Assembly: GCA_003445735.1 (NCBI GenBank)
Contig: DMCR01000172.1
Location: forward strand, 4,464-33,239
DNA length: 28,776 nt
Source: Cryomorphaceae bacterium
GTDB lineage: Bacteria > Bacteroidota > Bacteroidia > Flavobacteriales > Schleiferiaceae
Direction: 5' to 3'
Position numbers and translations under genes: made by a program. Below are positions 16,379 through 25,673 of the stretch, piece by piece. Numbering within the stretch: position 1 is the first letter of the stretch; the number at the start of each line of letters is the position of its first letter. The notes beneath the pieces are model-generated. The model was not told the origin of the DNA. It saw only the letters and a list, made by a program, of their open reading frames with translations, and searched no databases.

Positions 16379-18379
16379 ATGAGAAAATTTATACTCTCAT
16401 TTGCTTCGTTTCTCTTTGCCGCGAATTCCTTTGCTCAAAGTACAGCGAATGCTTCACTTAGCCTTCAGGCTTGTCAAGGAGATTCCATTGTATTCTCTTT
16501 TGACATTGCCTCACCGTACAATGTAGGGAACACCTTCTCGGTGGAAATGAGTAATTCTAGCGGTGCTTTTGCCGGTAATTTTGTAAGCATATCTCCGCTC
16601 TTGGCATACGGAATCAGTACCAGCAACGATATCGACGTACTCGTTCCGGATAATACCACACAGGGCGTTTATAGCTTCCGTTTGGTGAGCTCAAATCCAG
16701 TTCGAATTTCAGATACCATCTCAAACGTAATCATCGGTGCAAATCCAAATACGGGTATCATTGCCTACAACTGGTTCGATAAGAACGGTGAAATCACTTT
16801 TTGTGAGGGAGATACGGCTATTTTGATGGCAAACGCGCCCCCTGCAGGTCAGAGCTACACCTACCAGTGGTTACAAGGTGGTGCGCCAATGGCAGGTGAA
16901 ACAGACGATTCTCTATTAGTCATCGCCAGTGGATCTTACGGTATTGAAGTGAGTTCAAACCTATGTGATGCGACATCCAATGATACTATTGCCAATACCT
17001 ATTCGCCAGGCGCTGAGGTCTTTGCCAATGGTGGTGCTGGCGTGAGTTATGTAGGTATGGATAGCATCCGTATGTGTGAAGGTACGGTGGCAACATTGGA
17101 GCACTTTGCATTCCCTTCACCAGGTATTAACGGATACATATACCAATGGTTGAAAGACGACAGTCTGGATATTTTCGGTAACCCCGTAATGTATGCGCTC
17201 GAGGGTGATACATTACCTACTATAGATGTGGATACTACAGGTACTTGGTATTTAATAGTTACTTCTGATCCCGGCGGTTGTACTGATACCTCGGATGTAT
17301 TTACGGTAATTGTGGATACCGTTCCAGCGACCAATGTTGTGGCTCAACCATGGGCTTGGCAAGTATTGCCAAAGACGACATTGTGTTTGACAGATTCAAC
17401 ACGCCTTACTGCGACGGATACTGTTTTAAACTCGACTTGGGAATACCAATGGCAAGTGGCTTATCCTTCAGGTAGCGGTAGCTGGTTGAACTTGGCAAAC
17501 GACACGATGCCGTGGTTGACCGTGGATACTTCAATCGTGGCAGATACTGCTGATTACCGTTTGGTACTGACGAACGAAACCTGCTCATACACCTCCAATG
17601 AAACGACCATTGAGTTCGTAAACTTCCCGACCTTGGCCATTCAGCCTGGGGATTCATTGGGTATTTGTGTGTACGACAGTATTTTGGTAAGTGTAGTGAG
17701 CAATGCCTTGTCCTACTCTTGGAACGGTGGACTATGGGTAGGAGGCCAAAACTATCTTTCTCAACCTGGACAATACGTCATCGAAGCTACAGGTATTAAT
17801 GCTTGTAAGACCTACGACACATTGGATATTTACAACTACGCGGTAGTGGCAACAGCAACGGCATCGCCACAGATCATAAACCCTGGAGATAATACTACGC
17901 TTTCTGCTACTGGAGGGACATCATATTACTGGTTTGCAGATTCACCTTCTTACTACAGCAACCAACAAAGTGCAACAACTTTGGCAACACCTTCTAAGGA
18001 TACGACGACATACTATATTCAAGTACAAGATTTAAACGGATGTACAGATACAGCAAGTGTTCAGGTTTTTGTTAGCGAACAAGATTCGACGATAATCTAT
18101 GCCAACACTTATGGCAACATTCAGAACGTTATCACTCCCAATGGAGATGGCATGAACGATATACTTGACCTAAGCGGTATTACAAATGGCGATCCATGTG
18201 AGTTCACCGTTTACACCCGCTGGGGTACTCCGGTCTACAACCAAGAAGTATATAACAATGCTTGGGGTGGAACTACTGACGGTGGTGCTCAGCTCGAAGA
18301 TGGAACATACTACTTCATATTGACACACAACAATGAAATCAGAGTTAAATCGGCAGTGACTGTCTTAAACAACATCTAA
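16379..18379 (+). CDS. T9SS cargo with tandem Ig-like repeats and a type-B (gliding motility-associated, CHU_C-like) C-terminal domain
   Basis: Signal peptide NSFA|Q; about five repeats with CxG(D/T)...YxYQW...Y...C; CTD NVITPNGDGMND...FTVYTRWG..VY....Y.N.WGG......LEDGTYYFIL (aa ~580-666). Confidence 0.92.
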   Translation: MRKFILSFASFLFAANSFAQSTANASLSLQACQGDSIVFSFDIASPYNVGNTFSVEMSNSSGAFAGNFVSISPLLAYGISTSNDIDVLVPDNTTQGVYSFRLVSSNPVRISDTISNVIIGANPNTGIIAYNWFDKNGEITFCEGDTAILMANAPPAGQSYTYQWLQGGAPMAGETDDSLLVIASGSYGIEVSSNLCDATSNDTIANTYSPGAEVFANGGAGVSYVGMDSIRMCEGTVATLEHFAFPSPGINGYIYQWLKDDSLDIFGNPVMYALEGDTLPTIDVDTTGTWYLIVTSDPGGCTDTSDVFTVIVDTVPATNVVAQPWAWQVLPKTTLCLTDSTRLTATDTVLNSTWEYQWQVAYPSGSGSWLNLANDTMPWLTVDTSIVADTADYRLVLTNETCSYTSNETTIEFVNFPTLAIQPGDSLGICVYDSILVSVVSNALSYSWNGGLWVGGQNYLSQPGQYVIEATGINACKTYDTLDIYNYAVVATATASPQIINPGDNTTLSATGGTSYYWFADSPSYYSNQQSATTLATPSKDTTTYYIQVQDLNGCTDTASVQVFVSEQDSTIIYANTYGNIQNVITPNGDGMNDILDLSGITNGDPCEFTVYTRWGTPVYNQEVYNNAWGGTTDGGAQLEDGTYYFILTHNNEIRVKSAVTVLNNI

Positions 18380-18381
18380 TT

Positions 18382-19758
18382 ATGAAAAAGTTATTTTTAC
18401 TTAGCGCAGTAGTATTGGGTTGTTGGACAGCACAAGCACAACAACTCCCACTTATTTCTAACTATTTGAATACAGCTTACCTCTTCAATCCTGCTTATAG
18501 CGGTATTGAGGGTAAGACAGAGATCTCCGTTTTGAACCGTCGCCAGTGGACAGATATTCAGGGTGCTCCTGAAACCCAATTCATGGCGTTCAACGGCAAC
18601 CGCGATGATCTGAAATTTGGATATAGCGGCTATGCGTTCAATGACCAAACAGATATCGTGTCACGTTCTGGATTCTATGGATCTTACGCTTGGCATGTGA
18701 AGTTTACAGATCGCAATAGTCTAAGCTTAGGTTTGGGTGCCGGCTATGTAAACAACAATATCAATGTCGCGGGTATTCGTGTGCCAGACGAATTGGACCC
18801 AGTTCTTTTCAGTGCCCTGAACACAGGAAAGTTTGACCTGAACTTTGGATTTAACCTTCAGTTTGGTGATTTCAGTTTTGGTGCTGCCGTACCAAACTTG
18901 TTGGCGCCCAAGGTGGATTTCTCGGACAACTACCTCGGTCCGATGCAATACCATTACATGCGCCATTATGTTGTAAGCACTCAGTACGATGTTAACCTTC
19001 AAAAAGGATTGATGACGTTGAGTCCGTTTATTACGGTACGTGCAAATGAGGTGACCAATCCACAAGTGGATGCAGGTTTGATGTTCAACCACAAAGAATA
19101 TTTCTATGTAGGTGCTGCGTATCGTTCTTCCTATGCGGTTACTGCCAACACTGGTTTGCACTTAACAGAGAAAATCACCTTGGGTTATGCCTATGACTTT
19201 TCGCTGAATACCTATGGATTTGCGCTTGGTAATTCACATGAATTCATGTTGCGTTACACCTTTGGAGAAAGTAAAAAAGATAAACGACTCGAAAATGAAA
19301 TCAAAAAGCTTAAGGATCGTCAGCGTCGCTCTTCAGAAGAGCTTGAAGATTTTTTAAATGATCGTTTAGACGAGTTCAATGATGAAGTTTCGTCCAAGCA
19401 AAACGAATTATTTGAACAAGAAAAAGCAGAATTGCAAAGTCAGTTAGATGAGGCTAAGGCGGAAATTAATAGTCGTATCAAAGGATATTCGACTGAACAA
19501 TATGCTGGACAAGTCAAGCCAGGTTCACCGGGGTATTATGTTACAGCTGGTGTATATGGTCAAGAAGAAAATGCCCATAAGTTGGAAAGTAAATTATTGG
19601 CAGACGGAATTGCCGTTGATATTTTCCAGGATCAAAATAACATGATGTATTATGTGTTTATTTTGAAATTCCCTGATTATGACTCAGCTCATGAAGCACA
19701 GTTGACTAAATTTAATGGACAGTATAATGGAAGTCTTTGGATAAAGGTTATCAAATAA
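18382..19758 (+). CDS. PorP/SprF-family T9SS outer-membrane protein fused to a coiled coil and a C-terminal SPOR-like domain
   Basis: AQQLPLISNYLNTAYLFNPAYSG, RRQW.DIQGAP.T, GYAYDF, GNSHEFMLRY define the barrel (aa ~20-295). Charged heptad region aa ~296-368. GYYVTAGVYGQEENA.KL...L...G......YYV......Y..A is SPOR-like (aa ~383-458). Starts 2 nt after the cargo stop. Confidence 0.9.
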   Translation: MKKLFLLSAVVLGCWTAQAQQLPLISNYLNTAYLFNPAYSGIEGKTEISVLNRRQWTDIQGAPETQFMAFNGNRDDLKFGYSGYAFNDQTDIVSRSGFYGSYAWHVKFTDRNSLSLGLGAGYVNNNINVAGIRVPDELDPVLFSALNTGKFDLNFGFNLQFGDFSFGAAVPNLLAPKVDFSDNYLGPMQYHYMRHYVVSTQYDVNLQKGLMTLSPFITVRANEVTNPQVDAGLMFNHKEYFYVGAAYRSSYAVTANTGLHLTEKITLGYAYDFSLNTYGFALGNSHEFMLRYTFGESKKDKRLENEIKKLKDRQRRSSEELEDFLNDRLDEFNDEVSSKQNELFEQEKAELQSQLDEAKAEINSRIKGYSTEQYAGQVKPGSPGYYVTAGVYGQEENAHKLESKLLADGIAVDIFQDQNNMMYYVFILKFPDYDSAHEAQLTKFNGQYNGSLWIKVIK

Positions 19759-19776
19759 TCTGATAGACTGACTCAT

Positions 19777-19811
19777 AAAAAACCCGAGCCTCACAGAGGC
19801 TCGGGTTTTTT
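19777..19811. terminator. Bidirectional intrinsic terminator between the T9SS pair and the DinB-family gene
   Basis: Perfect 16-bp inverted repeat AAAAAACCCGAGCCTC-ACA-GAGGCTCGGGTTTTTT, giving a U-tract on both strands. Confidence 0.93.
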
Positions 19812-20439
19812 ATGCATCCTTAGCGGGGTAAATGAGGTCAGGATTGTTTTCTTGGGATTCCTTGAGTAATCGGCCACCTTTTAAAATTCGTTCCGCCTGT
19901 TCGAGGTGACGCCCTATGTGGGGAACAATGAGCTGGAGTGCCGTCAAGGCCTTGATTCGAAAAGGAGGGCGGGCACTGATGACCTTAGCGTTGCGCAGTT
20001 CCGGACTCTCGGGAATAATGCGCAGTAGTCGTTCGATCTGGCTGAGGTCTGAAATAAAGTTCTCCATGACCTTTTGGGCGCTGATTTTGAGATTTTCATC
20101 CCTCATACGACGCGGTTGAAGGGCCTTGGGCGCGTGAACCTTGGTGGCTCCAGATTTGCTCAACGGCGACATCCATTGGTAGGCCTTACGCTGAAACCAG
20201 CTTAGAGGAAGGACTTGGCTTTGCGAGGCTTGGTCGAGTTGGCAAACTTTGGTTAATTGGGCCAAATACACCTCATTTACATTGTTGATGTGTTCTATGC
20301 ATTCGATTGCCGACCACTGCTCGCCGTCCGGGATGAAGAATAGTTCCTCTTCCTCTAAAAAGTAAAACAGGCGCTCAAAATATAGTTTATGCTGGGCCAA
20401 TTCCCCCAAACGCTTCTCTATATACTGTGCTGTGGTCAT
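19810..20439 (-). CDS. DinB/YfiT-superfamily (DinB_2) helical-bundle putative metalloprotein
   Basis: WSAIECIEHI and PHIGRHLEQ give the His triad typical of the family. ATGA overlap with the mfd stop. Confidence 0.8.
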   Translation of the reverse strand: MTTAQYIEKRLGELAQHKLYFERLFYFLEEEELFFIPDGEQWSAIECIEHINNVNEVYLAQLTKVCQLDQASQSQVLPLSWFQRKAYQWMSPLSKSGATKVHAPKALQPRRMRDENLKISAQKVMENFISDLSQIERLLRIIPESPELRNAKVISARPPFRIKALTALQLIVPHIGRHLEQAERILKGGRLLKESQENNPDLIYPAKDA

Positions 20440-23400
20440 GCTTCCGCTCTTTTTTCCCTGTTCACGATGCTGCTGAGCATATGATGAACGTCTTCGAGAC
20501 TGCTAATGTTTTGTGCAACGAAGTTAAGTTTATCTGCTTTTTGTTTGACCTGGACCTTACGCGGGTTGCGCTGTAAGTAGGCGAGAACGGCTGAGAAAAT
20601 GGGTAGTTGGTAGTATTCGCTGTTGTTCTCCGCTGCAAAATGTCCAATCAGCTTGTCCATCTTGATGATGAGTTTGGTAAATCCGATGTGCTTGGCGAGC
20701 CATTTAATGCGGACCGAATACAATAGGTCCTTCACCTGGCGAGGCAGCGGCCCAAATCTATCCTCTAGTTCTAATTCAAAGAACTGTAACTCCTCCTCCG
20801 TTGCAATGGCACCCAAGCGCTGGTAGAGCTTGAGTCTTTCCTCAATATTATTGACGTAATTATCCGGTATATGGACGGCCATATCAGTATCGATCTGCAC
20901 CTCGTCCACAAAGTCCGAGCCTTTGTTTTTATCTGGGTTGTCGTATAGTTCCTTGAATTCGTTCTCCTTCAATTCTTTCACGGCCTCCGCTAAAATCTTC
21001 TGATACGTATCAAAGCCCATCTCTGAGATGAATCCGCTTTGTTCTCCGCCCAATAAATCTCCGGCACCACGAATTTCAAGGTCTTTCATGGCAATCTTGA
21101 AGCCGCTCCCCAGGTCAGTGAACTGCTCCAGTGCCTGAAGTCGCTTACGGGCCTCGTCGGTCAAAGAGTGCAGTGGCGGGCTAATGAGTTTACAGAACGC
21201 TTTCTTATTGGAACGGCCCACACGCCCGCGCATTTGGTGGAGGTCGGACATCCCGAAGTGGTTGGCGTTGTTGATGATGATGGTGTTGGCGTTGGGAACG
21301 TCTAGCCCGCTTTCAATGATGGAGGTGGCTACAAGGACATCGAACTTGCCGTCCATAAAGTCCAGCATGACTTTCTCGAGTTTCTTACCGTCCATCTGCC
21401 CGTGACCTATTGCGATATGGGCATCAGGCACTAGACGTTGTACCATACCAGCAACCTCTTGGATGTTACTGACTCGGTTGTTGATGAAAAATACTTGGCC
21501 TCCGCGTTGAATCTCGTAGCTAATTGCATCGCGGATTGTTTCCTCATTGAATCCAATTATTTCCGTTTCGATGGGCTGACGGTTGGGTGGAGGGGTGGTC
21601 ATGACGCTTAGGTCACGCGCTGCCATCAGGGAGAATTGAAGTGTTCTCGGGATGGGAGTTGCGGTGAGGGTTAGGGTGTCGATGTTGATCTTCAGCGTTT
21701 TGATCTTATCCTTGATAGCCACACCAAACTTCTGTTCCTCATCGACTATCAGCAGGCCGAGGTCTTTGTATTCTACTTGGGTACTGACGAGCTTGTGTGT
21801 GCCGATGACGATATCAATCTTTCCGGATTTTAGGCCGGATAGGGTATCTCGCTGTTGCTTGGTTGTGCGGAATCTGTTGATGTAATCTACAGTGACTGGG
21901 AATCCTTCGAGGCGCTTGCTGAAGGTTTTAAAGTGTTGAAACGCAAGGACGGTAGTTGGGACTAATATGGCAACCTGCTTACCATTGGCAACTGCCTTGA
22001 AGGCGGCACGAATGGCTATTTCCGTTTTTCCAAAGCCCACATCACCACAGATCAAGCGGTCCATAGGAATGGTGCCCTCCATATCTTTTTTGACGGCTTC
22101 TGTTGCGGTTAATTGGTCCGGGGTATCTTCATACAAGAAGCTTGCCTCGAGTTCGTGTTGCAAATAGCCATCTGGTGCGCACTGGAATCCCAACGCTTCG
22201 CGGCGCTTGGCATAGAGCTGGATGAGGTCAAAGGCAATTTGCTTGACGCGTGCCTTGGTTTTTTTCTTGAGGTTCTGCCACTGCGGACTACCCAATTTGT
22301 TTAAAACAGGTGCCGACCCATCCTTCCCGTTGTACTTGCTGATCTTGTGGAGCGAGTGGATGCTCACGTACAAGATGTCATTGTCGCGGTAGACGAGTTT
22401 GATAGCCTCCTGTATTGTACCGTTATTATCTATTTTTTGTAATCCGCCAAACTTTCCAACCCCGTGGTCCACGTGCGTTACGAAATCGCCGAACTCGAGT
22501 GCATTTAGCTGCTCGAGGGTGATGGCTTGACGCTTCTGCGCCCCGTTTTTAATGTTGAAGCGCTGATAACGGTCGAAGATTTGGTGGTCAGTGTAAACGT
22601 AAAGGCCGGCATCGGGGTCTTCAAAACCTTCGTGCAACGCGATGGTAGTGGTCTGGTATTTTGGGTCCAATTGCAAATCTTTGAAAATGGTTTCGAATCT
22701 ATTGACCTGCTGGGTATTGGCACACATCAGTATCGTTTCAATATCACGGTCGTTGGCGTCGATGAGGGTTTGTGCCAGGAGATGGAAATCCTTGTTGAAG
22801 GCTCTTTGTGGGAGTGCGGTGCTATCCAGCTTTGTATTGGCCCACTCCGCTTTGCCGTACTCTACTCGGGTGTAATTCAACAGGAGTCGTTTGAAGGCAT
22901 CGCCGCTCATGAACAGTTCCTCGGGGGTGGCGCGGCTGATGGTATCGGCGAGATTGGTATAGGTTTGGTGGGCGAGCTCCATTAATCGGTCCAATCCTGC
23001 CACTACTAATGACGGTGTGTTGATCCAGAGCTGGGTATCTTTAGGCAAATATGTCAAAAATGGCGCACGTGCTTCAAGGAAGCTTTTGTTTTCCACGTTT
23101 GGTACGATACTCATTTTGGTAGCCGTTCCTATGGTACGCTGAGTCTCGATGTCGAAGTAGCGAATGCTCTCCACCTCTTCGTCGAAGAATTCGATGCGGT
23201 ATGGGTGCTCCTTGCTGAACGAGAAGATATCTACGATGCCGCCGCGTACGGAGAATTGGCCAGGGGAGGTAACATAGTCCACTCGCTCGAACTGGTATTC
23301 AAAGAGCGTTTCGTTGAGGAAGTCAGTACCGAGGTTTTCGCCAAGATTAACTTTAAGGGTATTGGTTTCCAATTCTTTTTTTGTCACCACTTTCTCAAAT

Positions 23401-23786
23401 AATGCTTCGGTAAAGGTGATTACCAAAGGGGACTTTCGGCGGCTGCTGAGGTGGTTGAGCACTTCCGCACGCAACAACACATTAGCATTATCGGTTTGCT
23501 CAACTTCATAGGGTCTGCGGTACGAGGCAGGGTAGAAGTAACAGGGGGTTTTGCCCAGCAGCTTTTCCAAGTCGTTTTGAAGGTAGGCAGCCTGCTCTTT
23601 GCTCTCGGCGATTAGAAGCTGGGTCTTACCGGTTTTTAAATAGGCGGCTGCAGCCAACATGGCGGTATGTGAGCTCCCTGCCGTGCGGTAGCCAAAGGCT
23701 TCCAAACGGTCGGCTGAGGCGCTGTTTTCCACGGCTAAAGTGAGCGGGTGGTTTAGGTAATGGGAGAGTAAATCCGCCGGTTCCAA
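20436..23786 (-). CDS. mfd: Transcription-repair coupling factor Mfd
   Basis: UvrB-homology FSVRGGIVDIF, RID VTHVDHGVGKF, GDVGFGKT, DEEQKF, LTATPIPRTL, HQMRGRVGRS, TRG motif MKDLEIRGAG. TTG start 3 nt after the fbp stop. Confidence 0.99.
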   Translation of the reverse strand: MEPADLLSHYLNHPLTLAVENSASADRLEAFGYRTAGSSHTAMLAAAAYLKTGKTQLLIAESKEQAAYLQNDLEKLLGKTPCYFYPASYRRPYEVEQTDNANVLLRAEVLNHLSSRRKSPLVITFTEALFEKVVTKKELETNTLKVNLGENLGTDFLNETLFEYQFERVDYVTSPGQFSVRGGIVDIFSFSKEHPYRIEFFDEEVESIRYFDIETQRTIGTATKMSIVPNVENKSFLEARAPFLTYLPKDTQLWINTPSLVVAGLDRLMELAHQTYTNLADTISRATPEELFMSGDAFKRLLLNYTRVEYGKAEWANTKLDSTALPQRAFNKDFHLLAQTLIDANDRDIETILMCANTQQVNRFETIFKDLQLDPKYQTTTIALHEGFEDPDAGLYVYTDHQIFDRYQRFNIKNGAQKRQAITLEQLNALEFGDFVTHVDHGVGKFGGLQKIDNNGTIQEAIKLVYRDNDILYVSIHSLHKISKYNGKDGSAPVLNKLGSPQWQNLKKKTKARVKQIAFDLIQLYAKRREALGFQCAPDGYLQHELEASFLYEDTPDQLTATEAVKKDMEGTIPMDRLICGDVGFGKTEIAIRAAFKAVANGKQVAILVPTTVLAFQHFKTFSKRLEGFPVTVDYINRFRTTKQQRDTLSGLKSGKIDIVIGTHKLVSTQVEYKDLGLLIVDEEQKFGVAIKDKIKTLKINIDTLTLTATPIPRTLQFSLMAARDLSVMTTPPPNRQPIETEIIGFNEETIRDAISYEIQRGGQVFFINNRVSNIQEVAGMVQRLVPDAHIAIGHGQMDGKKLEKVMLDFMDGKFDVLVATSIIESGLDVPNANTIIINNANHFGMSDLHQMRGRVGRSNKKAFCKLISPPLHSLTDEARKRLQALEQFTDLGSGFKIAMKDLEIRGAGDLLGGEQSGFISEMGFDTYQKILAEAVKELKENEFKELYDNPDKNKGSDFVDEVQIDTDMAVHIPDNYVNNIEERLKLYQRLGAIATEEELQFFELELEDRFGPLPRQVKDLLYSVRIKWLAKHIGFTKLIIKMDKLIGHFAAENNSEYYQLPIFSAVLAYLQRNPRKVQVKQKADKLNFVAQNISSLEDVHHMLSSIVNREKRAEA

Positions 23787-23789
23787 TAG

Positions 23790-24800
23790 TTAATTCTCGT
23801 ATTTCCGCAAAAACGCGTGGGCGGTTTCGACCATAAGCGGCGACCCAATAAAACACGGCACACGTTGATGCAATTCATCAGGTGCAATCTCCATGATTCG
23901 TCGGGTTCCGTCAGTGGCCATGCCGCCGGCTTGTTCAACAATAAAGGCGAGTGGGTTACACTCGTACAGGAGCCTGAGCTTGCCTTTCGGGGCCATGGTT
24001 CCTGTGGGGTAAAGATACACCCCTCCTTTGATAAGATTGCGGTGAAAATCGGAAACTAAAGAGCCAATATATCTTGATGTATAAGGTCTATTTGTGGCCT
24101 CATCGAACTCTTGACAATATTTGATGTAGCGCTTCACACCTTCAGGGAAATGCACGTAGTTTCCTTCGTTTACGCTGTAGATTTTGCCGTCCTGCGGGAT
24201 TTGCATATCTGGATGGGAGAGGCAAAAAACGCCGATGGAAGGATCTAGGGTGAAGCCGTTGACGCCATTACCGGTGGTGTACACGAGCATAGTGGAAGAA
24301 CCGTAGACGACGTAGCCTGCTGCTATTTGTGCATCGCCCGGTTGTAAAAAATCCTTCAGTTCAACAGCGCTTCCTGCGGGAGTGGTGCGGCGGTAAATAG
24401 AGAAAATGGTACCCACACTGACGTTTACGTCGATATTGGAGGAGCCGTCGAGCGGGTCCATAAGTACAACATAGCGCGCATCGGAGTGAATATCATCGTC
24501 AAATGCAACGAAGTGTTCTTCTTCTTCGCTGGCAACTCCGCAGACTTGCCCCATCGAACGCAAGGCACGCATGAAGGTGTCGTTTGCCATAATATCGAGT
24601 TTTTGCTGTGCTTCGCCTTGAATATTTTCACTTCCCATAGCACCTAAAATATCAGCGAGTCCCGCTTTGTTGATTTCACGATTCACTACCTTGGCAGCAA
24701 GTCGGATAGAAGTAAGTAATTGAGATAATTCCCCCGTTGCAAAAGGGAAATCCTTCTGGTTCTCGACGATGAATTCGCCAAGGGTGGTTGGTTGTACCAT
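23790..24800 (-). CDS. fbp: Class 1 fructose-1,6-bisphosphatase
   Basis: Start [10 protein letters not shown] at ATG 24800; [45 protein letters not shown]. Confidence 0.98.
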   Translation of the reverse strand: MVQPTTLGEFIVENQKDFPFATGELSQLLTSIRLAAKVVNREINKAGLADILGAMGSENIQGEAQQKLDIMANDTFMRALRSMGQVCGVASEEEEHFVAFDDDIHSDARYVVLMDPLDGSSNIDVNVSVGTIFSIYRRTTPAGSAVELKDFLQPGDAQIAAGYVVYGSSTMLVYTTGNGVNGFTLDPSIGVFCLSHPDMQIPQDGKIYSVNEGNYVHFPEGVKRYIKYCQEFDEATNRPYTSRYIGSLVSDFHRNLIKGGVYLYPTGTMAPKGKLRLLYECNPLAFIVEQAGGMATDGTRRIMEIAPDELHQRVPCFIGSPLMVETAHAFLRKYEN

Positions 24801-24874
24801 GGTCAGTGGTTTTGTGGTTATGATAGGTGGGTACAAGTTAGGGCTTTTAGGTCGAATCCCGTGGAAGGAACCCC

Positions 24875-24882
24875 TACCTTTG
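24875..24882 (+). promoter_or_regulatory. -7 promoter box for rsmA
   Basis: TACCTTTG, a perfect TAnnTTTG, only 5 nt before ATG 24888. Confidence 0.6.
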
Positions 24883-24887
24883 CTCAC

Positions 24888-25673
24888 ATGAGAGATCAAG
24901 GACAAGTCCGTGCGAAAAAGCATTTAGGGCAGCACTTTTTGAAGGACGATGGTGTGGCTGAGCGTATTGCCAAAGTGACCCCGTTGGACGGTGTCCAGAA
25001 GGTCTTGGAAATAGGGCCGGGTATGGGTGTGATGACCAAATATTTGTTGGCGATGCCGGACGTGGAGACCTGGGTCATTGAGATTGATGGGGAGAGTGTA
25101 AGCTATTTGCAAGCCCATTACAATCAGCTCAGTGCTCGCATTTTGGAAACGGACTTTTTGCAGTGGAACCCTGCGAGTGTTTTTGGCGATGAGTCCTTTG
25201 CCTTAGTCGGGAATTTCCCGTACAACATTAGTTCGCAGATCGTGTTCCGGGTTTTGGACATGCGCGATCAAATTCCCGCCTTTGGAGGGATGTTCCAAAA
25301 AGAGGTAGCCCAGCGTTTGTGCGCGCCGCCGGGGAGTAAAACCTATGGTATTTTATCGGTATTGTGTCAGGCATACTACGATTTGACCTATGATTTTACC
25401 GTGCCTCCAAGCGTCTTTAATCCGCCTCCTAAAGTGGATAGTGGAGTGCTACACATGGTGAGAAAATCGGTCAATCCAAATATTGAATTTAAATTACTCA
25501 AGCGAGGGGTAAAAGCGGCTTTTGGACAGCGAAGAAAAACCCTTCGCAATGCATTGAAAACACTTAACTTGCCAGAAGGCTTCGAGCATCCGTATCTTAG
25601 CAAGCGAGCGGAACAACTCAGCCACGAACAGTTTGTAGAACTGCTAAACGCCATTGAAGATGGAAGATCTTAG
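24888..25673 (+). CDS. rsmA: 16S rRNA (adenine 1518/1519) dimethyltransferase RsmA/KsgA
   Basis: Start [18 protein letters not shown] at 24888; [45 protein letters not shown]. Confidence 0.98.
   Translation: MRDQGQVRAKKHLGQHFLKDDGVAERIAKVTPLDGVQKVLEIGPGMGVMTKYLLAMPDVETWVIEIDGESVSYLQAHYNQLSARILETDFLQWNPASVFGDESFALVGNFPYNISSQIVFRVLDMRDQIPAFGGMFQKEVAQRLCAPPGSKTYGILSVLCQAYYDLTYDFTVPPSVFNPPPKVDSGVLHMVRKSVNPNIEFKLLKRGVKAAFGQRRKTLRNALKTLNLPEGFEHPYLSKRAEQLSHEQFVELLNAIEDGRS

Noticed and set aside
19810-20439. Treating the DinB-family protein as DNA polymerase IV and so as a repair partner of Mfd
   Set aside because: Name collision: this is the DinB/YfiT helical-bundle family and lacks Y-family polymerase motifs.
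22527-22985. 152-aa plus-strand ORF, and the other 60-135 aa ORFs nested in mfd, mgtE, mrdA, purH and the CNNM gene
   Set aside because: All are nested within long conserved CDSs and none shows protein-family motifs.
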